Shown here one piece after another: positions 24,901 through 36,900 of a DNA stretch of 64,000 nucleotides (position 1 is the first letter of the stretch; each line of letters starts with the position of its first letter). The position numbers and the translations under genes were made by a program. The notes under the pieces were generated by a model. The model did not search any database, was not told where the DNA came from, and saw nothing but the letters and a program-made list of their open reading frames with translations. Origin of the DNA: Antedon mediterranea (lineage: Eukaryota; Animalia; Echinodermata); NCBI RefSeq assembly GCF_964355755.1, contig NC_092675.1:8303812-8367811 (forward strand). The letters are read 5' to 3'.

Positions 24901-27900
24901 ATAATGCCTTAATATTTTTCTGTGTGCAATATTCTAACGTATGACGTGCACGTGGCGTTTGTCGAGCGGATAACTAACTCGTCAAAGTGACGAGTTTCAT
25001 GTCTAGTCTTTTTATTGTTTCTGTACACTATTTTGTGTAACAATTATCTCAAAAAGTTTAATGTCAATGATTACCAAAATTTCAGAATATCTTTCAAATA
25101 ATATAACTTAATCCTAATGAGCTTTCCAGCGTGATCACTCATCCGTGACATCATTTATACGCCATTTTGTGAAATCACATTATCAATCATATCTCCATAA
25201 TTCATTATGACATATTAATGAAATTCACTACAGGTAAACTTCAGGTCAAGGGTAAAAATATTAGCAAATAAAAAGTTGCGCGTTTCAAGGTCATGCACGT
25301 GAAATCGCGCGTTAAAAATTTAAAACGCGCAAAATTAGGTTTTGATCAATTTAGAGCATGAATTAGGCCATTTGCGCGTTTCAAAAATTTACTGCGCAAA
25401 AATGCGTTTTTGTGCGCACGATTCTTAAAATGCGTAAAAAATAAAATTTGATGTATAAATCACATTCTACTCACAATCCTTAATACATTCACCAATTTTG
25501 AGTCCATTCCGACTTAAAATAACGCTATACGAGCACGTTAAAAATGACAAAATGCGCACACTAATTGTACAAAAGTGCTAAAAATGGTAAAAAATAAGAA
25601 CTTTTTAAAATGAATATAACTCTTCAGAATGGCAGATGACCCCCAATTTTTTTAACTTATTATGGAAGCCAATAAGTTGTAGATACAAATGTATATACAC
25701 ATTAGACGTACAAAATGGTATGACGTCATCAAATGGCCACTTGAATTTAAAAATTAGGAATTTTTATCTTTTTGTGTGGGTTATCACATTCAATAGAGCG
25801 CATCTCCGTTATTTGAGCCCGATTTTCGCACAACTTTTAGTATGTGCTTGCTCAATTAATTATTCTTCTAATGAGTTGTCAACATTTTTATTTTGATGAC
25901 GTCATCACGCGTAAAAACTTGAATAACCTAGGTCGTGTAATTTCAGCTACACCATACATTTGAATATCTTATAGCTCTTCAGAATTAAAGGTGACCTTGA
26001 AGATTATAACTTATTATGAAAGCTGATGAAAATTAGATATGAATTCATATTAAAATTAAGCCTATCGGATGTTGTGATGTTATCATATGGCCAGTTGAAG
26101 TTAAAAAGTAGTTTTTAAATTTCTTTATTCAAAGTTATACAAATTTCAAAGACCGCGCATTGCGCTTCTACGTGTCAAATTTTCTTCCAATCCTTATATT
26201 TATTTGCTCAATTCATTATCTTTCGAAATTGTCATCTTCGAGTTTATTTTGAAAATTCCATCATACCAAAAAATTAGAACACGATATGAGTCCCGTAATT
26301 TCACCTATGCTACACTGTATATAGATATACAGTATATACTGTACATATTGTATGAAACATAATAGGTAGAACTCAGCACTATAAGTGTATATGCATCATG
26401 TCATAGAATGGCGTACATCAACTTTTAACGATCGTATGTTAACGTACATGCATGTTTAAAAAATGTTAATTTGATTAAAATGATAAAAATGATCACCTAT
26501 AATTCGTCAAAGTGACGAATTAAATTCTAGTTTATATTTTTTTCTGTGTGAAGTGATTAACTTTTAAACTACAAAATAACCTATTCAAAGTCTGATTTAA
26601 ATAATCTTAATTTTTCCTGTTTTTGGAGGACAATACATCTTTGAATGTCAATGCTTAATCAAGCACCAATTAAAATGCTATAAAACTCCTGAACTGAAAT
26701 GTTAAAATTTATATAATTTCTACACACAAGCTGTTCGACTAGGATATGTTTCATTACAATTTATTTTCTATTTCTTTTAGCCCCTATAGCAGCACCAGAG
26801 AATGTTGCCTATGACACAATCAATGCTCGCTCATTCAATTTTACATGGGAAGAAATTCCATGTGGTTCTAGACAAGGTAGTATAGATAGATATATCTATG
26901 TATTGAAACATGGTAACAGTGAACCGAAGAAAGGTACAGTTGAAGGTGACCTATATGTAGTGTTAGATAATCTAAGCCCATGCACAACATATGATTTTAA
27001 AGTAAGAGGTGAAGGAACTGCTGGAAAAGGGCCTCAAGCAAACATTCAAGCAACAACTATATCTGAAGGTAAAGTTCTATTAGTTGTTTCTATGTTTATT
27101 GATCATCTATTGAATTCTTTGTTGCAAAGCTATAAACTAAATTTAACAATGAATGTCTAAAAGTAGTAGTTCAATAAGTTGAACATAGAATCAAAAATAT
27201 ATTAATTGCGTGCTTTATATTTTTTAAAATATTACAGCCATTTTGAATAATATATATTAATATATTGTTAATACAAATTTTGATTTCTTTTTATTGTATT
27301 TTTTATTTTTACTAGTACCAACAAAAGTAGGAAATGGATTAATTATAGAAGATGGATTAACCTTTGAATGGGACAGACCACGACCTTTGGCCTGTGAGAT
27401 AGTAAAATACTACATTGAAGCAAATTTGACCAACAAAGATATGTGCCATGCAAGCACAACTGATGATGCACTCAGTTTTGAAGAACAAGATACTAACATA
27501 GATTTATCAGATTTAGAACCGTATTCTGAGTACGTTGTCACTATTAGTGCTGAAACAGATGTAGGCATTGGTCCAGCATACATCCAGAATATTTCAACTC
27601 CAGAACAAGGTAAATATCAATAGTACTCCAATTTGGGTTATTATTCTCAAGAACAAGAAGGAAAATTGAGAAACAATAAGTTCTACAATAACCTCATGTT
27701 CAGAAAAAAAACCAAATTCACTTCACAGCCCTAATAGGGAGGTTGATATGTTGTAAAATGTATATATTTTATATATTTTTATTAGTATTAAACAAATGTT
27801 GGCTTGACCAAAATAGATAGAGTTACATAGAGTACAACAAAGCAGCTGACATTACGATACCATGTAACATGCTTTTGTTGATATGCAACTCAGAGTTGCG

Positions 27901-30900
27901 TTGAAGTAGTTTACAATACACATAACTCACACATGTAGTTCTTCAATGTAAATTTAAATCTTCAGTCCAGATTAATAACAAATCAAAAAAAAAGTTTATA
28001 ATTTATACAATATCAAAACCAACACAAATATGGCTATGATTGGCAAAAACACAAACACAATAGTTACTTTAGAATTTAAAGGTTTTTTAATTTGGTTTAT
28101 ATCCTTGTAGGAAATATTAACTAAAATGTCCTGTTCAGGTTAGTGATCTGCCATACTCTATGATCACTACAGTACAGTACTGTGGTCTGACATCACAGTA
28201 ACATTGTGTAATATAATTGCTACTCATATTCGAATTTAAAACCTTCCATTCGAAATCACTTTATGTAGTTTTTATAATTGTGTATTTTCATACATAGCTC
28301 CTCTAGCTGGTCCAAGGGACCTATTCAACACATCGTTGTCAAGTGAAAATGCTACTTTTAAATGGACTGAAATAGAATGTGGCTCCAGAAGGGGTTTTAT
28401 TAGAGGCTACAAATTCAGTATCCATACCACGGTTGGTGAAGAAGACATTCTCACTGATGATGATGTGACAGATCGTGAATATCATGTAACCAACCTTAAA
28501 CCATTTACTGAGTACATAGTCCGTGTAAGGGGATTTAATTCAATTGGTGACAGTGACAGCAAAGAATTAGGATTTATCACAAAAGAATCAAGTAAGTACT
28601 AATATATTTGTTTGAATATATCATTGTTTTAGTTTATTTCAAGAGATTTAAATCTAAAGCTTATAAACTGAAAACAACTGAACTAAAATGAACTAGTTGC
28701 TCAAGAGCACTTATGTTAACTTTTGATGTTAATTTGGATGGGTTTATTAAACATAAAATGTTAATAAAGAAAAAAATATGTTTGTTTTGGAAAATGTGTA
28801 ATATGTATTTAAAAAAAAGAAAAATGCAGTACTAGTAAAGTGTATAGGTAAATGATGAAAACAAAAAACAATGGAAAATATGATAATATGTAAAGAAATT
28901 AATACAACTTTTTAAAAAAAGTGCATGTAAACAGACAAAGTGTAATGAATCCACATAAAGAAGGAACCAGTGCGAGTCTGTTGGTTACGATACCATGAGC
29001 ATGATGTGATTCATAGTAGAATAAAAACAAGTGACCACGAGTTGTTTGTCAGCATCGAACTACTCGCTATTGGTTGCGTTTATGTGACACAATTATAAGT
29101 TTTCAGTTGCAGTTAGTTCATATAGTTCCGTAAAATGTCATTGCATAACTTTGAGTTAAGATCAGTTAGATACATAAATCGAATCGTCTTGATGTTGTGA
29201 CTTTATATATAGTGTGTTTAAAATTTTATCACAAATTGGTTTGATATTATTCTTGAAATTGATTAATTTAATTGCCAAAGTTTAAATTCAAAATCTTCTA
29301 TTAGCTCCTACAGTTCCACGAAATATTAATATCCTAAATACTGACACTGTGTCATTCCTGATTGAGTGGTCAAGACCAGAACCAGCCAATGGGATTGTCA
29401 TAAGCTACCAGCTAATCGTTGTAGGAAATGAGGAAGTTCTAATAGTGTATAACGTATCAGATGCAGAAAGGGACACACTTGCATTTAGTTATGAAGTCCG
29501 AGAACTTACACCTAACACAAATTACACAATTCAGGTATGAACATATAATTTATACTTAGAGTATATTATTTCAATATGGTTCAAAAACTAATTTCAATAA
29601 ATATTACCAATTATTAGTAATTCTAAAGTATTGATCAATCATAATTAATATGTGTTATATCAATGAATTATTAATTTTCTATACTGTATATCAAATTTTT
29701 TTTAAATCCAGTAAAAATTTTCACAAAAAGTTCCATTTTAGAAGGGCCACGAGGTGGCTTAAAAAATTGAAACGATAATTTAGCATTGTAAGCACCTTTG
29801 AACATGGTTTAATTTTGCTGAAAATGTGTGCGTCTTTTTTCGATCACAATAAATTTAATGTAAATCCTTTGTGAATTCTGGCAACACAACAAATGTTTGC
29901 TGTACTAATATGTAGTTCTAAAAAGAACTGTTTGCATTTGAATCAATATGTTGGAAGATCAAAGCATATTACTCACATCAGTATTTTTAAATACATACAC
30001 AGTGCACAAATAAGTTAAATATTGAAACTAAAGTTTTTTTTTATACATAATTATTTTAATTTGTTTCTATTTTTAAAGGCTGCTGCTTTCACATCTGTTG
30101 GTAGGGGACCTTTGAGTGATATCATTTATGTTTTGACTATTCCTGGTAGTAAGTTTATGTGCATAAGTTTTTATATTCTAGTACACATTTAAATAATAAT
30201 CTATAACAAATAATAAAGCTCCAATATTTTATTGTTGAAATATTATATTTATACTGGGCAACCTCTTCAGTCAAAGACTGGTCTCCCAGAGGGCCCAGTT
30301 ATGATCAGTGGCTGTGATGTACACTGGGTAACCCCCTACTTGTCTCGAAAGATGTACTAGGTTCTTAAAGTGGACATAAGCTAGATATGTACACTGTCCT
30401 TATCGAGAAGACTCGTTCTACCACCAGACCCATGCTGCGAGTGAGCTCTTAACTGCTCCACCACTCATTCACCCAACCGCCACTCACTTAACCGCCACTC
30501 ACTCACCCAACCGCCACTCACTCACCCAACCGCCACTTCACCCAACCGCCACTCACTCACCCAACCGCCACTCACTCACCCAACCGCCACGCAGTGCACG
30601 CACTCACCCAACCGCCACTCACTCACCCCAACCGCCACTCACTCACCCCAACCGCCACTCACTCACCCAACTGCCACTCACTCCCCCAACCGCCGCTCAC
30701 TCACCCAAACACCACACACTCACCCAACTGCCACTCACTCTCCCAACTGCCACTCACTCTCCCAACCGCCACGCACTCGCCCGACCGCCACGCACTCACC
30801 CGACCGACCGCCACTCACTCACCCGACCGCCACTCACTCACCCGACCGCCACTCACTCACCCAATCGCCACTCACTCACACAACTGTCACTCACTCAGCC

Positions 30901-33900
30901 TACCTATTGGTTATCTATTTATAACCTGCATGTGGTACCATGACACCAACTGTGTAATATTCCATAGTGTATTGCGTACATGTCATTTTTTCTTACCTTT
31001 AGAACCAGGTCCTGTTAGCAATTTTCAAATCAATAATACTGAAGAAAAGAGTGTAACAGTCTCATGGGGAAAGCCAAAAAACCCTAATGGAGAAATTCTC
31101 AAGTATACAGTGAGTAAATTATTAATATTGATTGTGTTTATTTTATTCAGTTGTATAGTATTATTTTATTTGATTAACAAGCACATTTAATTAAAAATGA
31201 ATGAAATATATATCATATTTTTTTCTTGCCTTTTGAATTATGCCCTACAATATATACTTAATTGTTTTGACCTAGGTCATGTGCATCGTTAATGTTTTTA
31301 AATGTGTATAGCACAAAATACAAACAGTCTGTTCTGTTTAACAGAAGTGTAAAAAGAAAGAAAGTGTTATAATAGAAATATAACACAACCAGACAAAATT
31401 GTCTGTTTATCATTAGTTAAAATATAGAATACTAGAAAAACTGTTTGAGCCTGATGCAGATATAACCGGAGAATGGATTGATGCAACAGAATGCAAGGGG
31501 GCATTGAATAAAAATTGCACGATAGAAGATCTGGAGCCTGCTACCAAGTATGCGATTGAAGTCTATGCCAGTACAGAGGCTGGAGATGGCAAGCACTTGA
31601 CCAAAAATACTACTACAGACACCCCTCCAGGTTAGATTAAAAATAAGAACTATATGATTACAATGGTGATTGGCTAACCTTCGAGAGATTCATATGAGAG
31701 TGTACGTGTTGCTTCTTATAGCCAAACATACGTGCCATTGTCTATATTATAAAAGTATTTTTGTATTTAATGTTGATTTCCATTTTTATGTTTCACTAGC
31801 TATATTGTAACTGTAACTACTAAATAATACTTTGATTTAAAATAAGCTCATTAGTTCAAATGTCTATTTCTACTCAAATGTATGTTTTCTTCTTAATATA
31901 GTTCCAAAACAACCAACGTTAAAAGTGGTGTCGACAACAGACTCAACTATTACAGTTGAGCTTTTCCCACTTGAAGATTTTATCTACATCAGGTTAGAAA
32001 AAAGGGAGCAATAAATATATATACATAAAAACTCTTTCAAAACCGGGATGATCTGAATACTGGAAACTATTTTACAATTACAATTTTCAAGGCTTCAAAT
32101 CATCTTATGCTTTACTATGTGAAATGCATTATGTAAATCAGCATTATGTTTGATTTTGAGTTGACTGTATATATTATTATGCAGTATAATACAGTACTGT
32201 ACCTTCTTCACCCCTGTTCAGGTGACAACCTCTGTTAAGGGGACACCTGTGAAATGAATGAGAGTCATTACAGGGCAGCACATACAGATTGAATTTGGTG
32301 CACTATTTCAGAATAATTAATCTTAAAGTGCAGTAGCTGTGTAACATGGCTACAAGTCACAGGCGATTGCAATGAATTAATTGAGTCTGCCAATGGTCTG
32401 TAGCACGCGTAGATGTTCCCTCTGTCTTGGACTTTGGACCCTTTTTAAAAACCGAAGATTTATCTGAATATACAGCATGCCTACTATACTCTCATTTAAA
32501 CTCAAATTGTAAATTTTACAATTTATTTCATACATATTCAATGCTAAATGTATTATGTGAAAAATTACAATTCAGATTTGTTTAAATATTAGTTTATTTT
32601 TCCTCTTCAGTAATTATGTAATACTTGTAGAAAAAGAAAGTAGTGCTAAACGTCGAAATGCGAAGGAAAAGCTAACACATAAAGATTCACCTGATAAGTA
32701 CATCAGTGCATCTTTTCCAAGAGATGAAGTGCCAGACCTTTTCATTATAGGAGATGGAAAAGTTCATAATGGTTATTACAATGCTCCCCTAAGCAAGGAC
32801 AACAAGTACTTTCTTTCTTTTAGAACTGATGATGCAATCGATGTAAGTTATATTTTTATACTGTTTAGAAAGAGTTTCATTGTTACTATATAATACATTT
32901 TGAAATATATACCTGGTAAGAGGTGAAATACAAGATTTGACATCCAAGAGAGAATGATATTTTTGTTAAGGGAATATATATTTCCCAAAGTGCAAGCTGA
33001 GAGAAATATATATTCCTGAGAGCAAAATATCATTCTTAAGGGTATGTCAAATCTTATATTTCACTGATATAAAAGGCAATCTGTTACATTATATAGCCAA
33101 CAACCAGTAGAATATTTGCTGGGTTGGCTAGCTAGGCCTCCTTTATGTAATAAGCCTGCCTAGGCATTGCATTCATCTTACCTTCCAAAGTATAAATGCA
33201 AAATAATTACTGATTAATGATTCCGTGGCAATAAAATATTCACTTAGGCCTACTACATTAACAGAAGAAATTCCATTAATAATTCTACACTTTACAGTAA
33301 TATAATGTATTATAGGCCTACTTTACAGTAATAATTAACAATTAGTTTTTTTCGAGCCGTATCACCGGATGTTCAGCTCGTGCTCATACCAGGTTACTAC
33401 CGTGAATTTTGACCAATCACAAACAGTCTTTCATTGCATCTATAGAGGGCGAATAACAAAATGAGGGCGCTGTGTATGCTGTATGTTTAAATAGTTTAGT
33501 TATTTTTGCAAACTTGCTTCATCTTCTTTCCAATGTTTTCAAAAGATATTTGTATTATATAATACATTGTTTATTGAAAGAAACTTTTTTTCAGGATGAA
33601 AGCCGCAGCGGAAAAGCAATTCAACGTAAGTGATAACATTTTGTTGATATATCAGGGAGAGTTAGACCACCACGATCAAATAATTCACGTTTTAGACTAT
33701 CTTTTGTTCCAAATGCTATTCATATTTTTAATTCGCGATTTAAGAGAAGTACCATACCTGTGCAGTATATTATAAATATTTTTGTGTAATTTGTTTTATA
33801 AGTATAATATGTTATATATGGTCTTTTTATATTTATGCCAAGGAAGACAATTTTCATAATGTAATTTTATTTATTTTATGACTAATAACATTTTATCTAT

Positions 33901-36900
33901 CTATCTATCTATTTTATATTTACCTTATTTTACAAAATAATGCTCCTCAATGTTTAATTGGTATATACAGTAGCGTGCAGTCTGGTTTTATGAATATACC
34001 AAGTTGTTTATACTGCATTTTGTACAGCAAGTACTTTTTTTAGCATTTTGTATTCCATAAGACACAATGAATGGCAGAGAAAATAATGCACTATGTAAAA
34101 AACAATGAGGCGTAAAGATACTGTATATACATAAACATTGAGGAAATATGTATACATTTCCTCCATGACATAAACACCACATGCACAGACAAATTTTTCT
34201 AAACCACCCCGTTATATACTGAAAATTTATTAATTGATTTTTACGATAAGATGAGAAAATATGTGAGAATGAGAAAAGTCACCCCAACCGAGATTCAAAA
34301 CCAGAATATATCATAAGTCTAATATGATTTTTATCATTTCATTCAACGATGTTATTTAATAATGATTACTATGTATATAAATTTCACATTAATTGATTCA
34401 ACAACAAACAAACATAGCAGTGTACACACATTGGACAAAAGTTGTAACAGTGTCTAAATTGTAAGCAAAATGATACCACTACACACTTTTAATTAGCATA
34501 CACATCTTGGAAATATGTTTTAATAATTTTAAACAAGAAATCATGAAAAATTACATTGATTTCCTTCATTCATATTCATCAATTTGGTATTAATTTCTCC
34601 ATGGTTATCTAAAGTTAGTTTTTGAAAAAAATAAGTGCACTCTTAAAAATGGCTGTACAGTATCTGCTTGGTTGTAATTTGTTATTTCATACAATAGTTA
34701 ACCAAAAAACACATGAATATTAAATATTTAATATGATTATTTTTTTACCTATTAGCTGGATCAAACGACACATCCATAGGCATGATTTTAGGAATATTGT
34801 TTGGTTTTATTGTGGCTGTTCTTGTTCTGGGTCTGGTCTGGTTTCTTAAATATAAAAGAAGGTAAAAAAATAAATTATATTATCAAATTCATTAATTTAT
34901 TTTAATTATTTATGTTTTGTTGATTCTAGGTAAGTTATTAAATCAACTTATATTTATGTGAGATCAGATTGATTGTTAAAATTAATATTTTTTTGTTGGT
35001 GATATAATGTTACATTACAATTAACATAAGTAGAAACATCTGACTTTATTTAAAGGAATTTTTAAAATAACTTTTTTTAAGGGAAAAAAATCCACCAAAA
35101 CCTATGCTTCCGATGTCAAAACTGAAAACAGGTATGTTATCATAAACCATGCTCAAAACATTAAATATACATCATGTTTTAAATAAAGTATTGGTAATAT
35201 TTGAAAAATATGACATGCAGTTGTAAGTAAGGAGAAAGATAAATAATCACATTAAATATACGTATGATAGGTATGATACATTTATATTTAATAAGATAAT
35301 AGGGAAAATTAAGAAGACTGCAAGGTCTTCTTAGGGCTAAGATTTTACATCAAAAAAGCATTGAAAAAAATGCAAGGATAAGCAACAGACTTTCCTAATT
35401 AATTTTATTATAGAAAGTAGACTACCTCATGTTCCATCAGAGGACACCATTGCTGATACCATAAACAGTTACACAAAGCCACCGTTAAAAGCAAAGCCAG
35501 AGAGTTCAAAGGCTACAAGAGTGCATCGACCTGTTAAAATAGAACATCTTGTAGCATATGTGAAAAAGAAGAGGATGGATAAAGAGGAAGGATTTCAAAA
35601 TGATTTTGAGGTATCGTATATTAGTACATCAATATTTTGAGTTAATTCTCATTGAAAAATATCCTTGCCATTTGATTGGTTACTTGTATATAACATTTCA
35701 TTCAGTATAAGCAACGTAATCATCTAGGTGTATAATAGTGTCAATTCAGATGGTTCATTCTCACAAAAAGTCTTCTAGTAATCCATCACCTTATTTGCCG
35801 TGCTATAAGGTAAAGGTATTTATATTTGTCCTCAAGCTTAACTGGAAACTGAGGAAATTCAGATTTGCCAGCAATACAGCGCCTACTAGATCAGCACTCG
35901 GGATACGATCCCCTACTCTTTGCAAATAGTGTACCAAGTTCTTTAACATGCACTATGTACACGGGACCAACGGCTTTACCTCCCATCCGAAGGACGAGGC
36001 AATGAGAGTAAAGCATCTTGCCTAAGGATACAGTTAGTATGGTTCAGATAGGTTCGAACCAATGCCTAATCTGATATTGTCATTACACCATCACTCCAAC
36101 ACCATATACTCCAGTATATACAGCACCCGCCGCGATTCCAGACTGTCTCCCATCCTCCGAACCGGGTCCAACATTGTTTAACTTTGATGGTCTGACGAGA
36201 ACCGGTGTTTCAACACTGTATGGCCGTATATAAAGATACCTATAAACTTCTATGGCTGTATAAATGCAGTAAAATGTTATAAAGTATATACCGTACATAA
36301 AGTTTCAGAGAGAACCAGCTGATAAATGGCAGTATTAAAAAACCAATCGATGCATTTTGATTTTTTTTTTGTTCAGTCTTTGCCGAATGAACAGATTCAC
36401 TCCTGGGATGTAGCTAAGAAATCTGAAAATAAAACAAAGAATCGTTATGGTAACATCGTTGCATGTAAGTTGAAATTAAGAAATATAGTAATAACCTATT
36501 CCAATAGGCGTGATGCTTCGGTTTTTTATTCTTTCTTATTTCTAATACCAGAATGTAATGTGTTTGTAATTTTGTTTTTTGTTTTACCTTAAGTGTAAAT
36601 ATAATAACTATTTACCTAATAGCTAATGTAAATATTACTGTAGTATAGCTACAGTAGATACACTAACATTCTCTGGAATACAGTGCTTCTTTAAATACTG
36701 TATTTCATTTTAATTTTATAAGTGCCCTAAGATTTTTTTTGGTATATGCCTACCTAAAAGTTTGTGACTATAATAAATAAACAAACAAATAGTACCATTT
36801 ACTGAAGTGAATAGAACTGTTTCACATGATATAATATAATGCTTAATATTTTCATTACTAATATTTGTTGGAATTGGAATAAATATATTTCTATGAATGG

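Noticed and set aside
30594-31190. 198-aa Pro/Thr/His-rich ORF
   Set aside because: Translation of a minisatellite running into the real exon 31003-31109.
36117-36229. Functional 5S rRNA gene
   Set aside because: Diverged, with a deletion in the internal promoter region, no T-run terminator and direct continuation into a SINE body.
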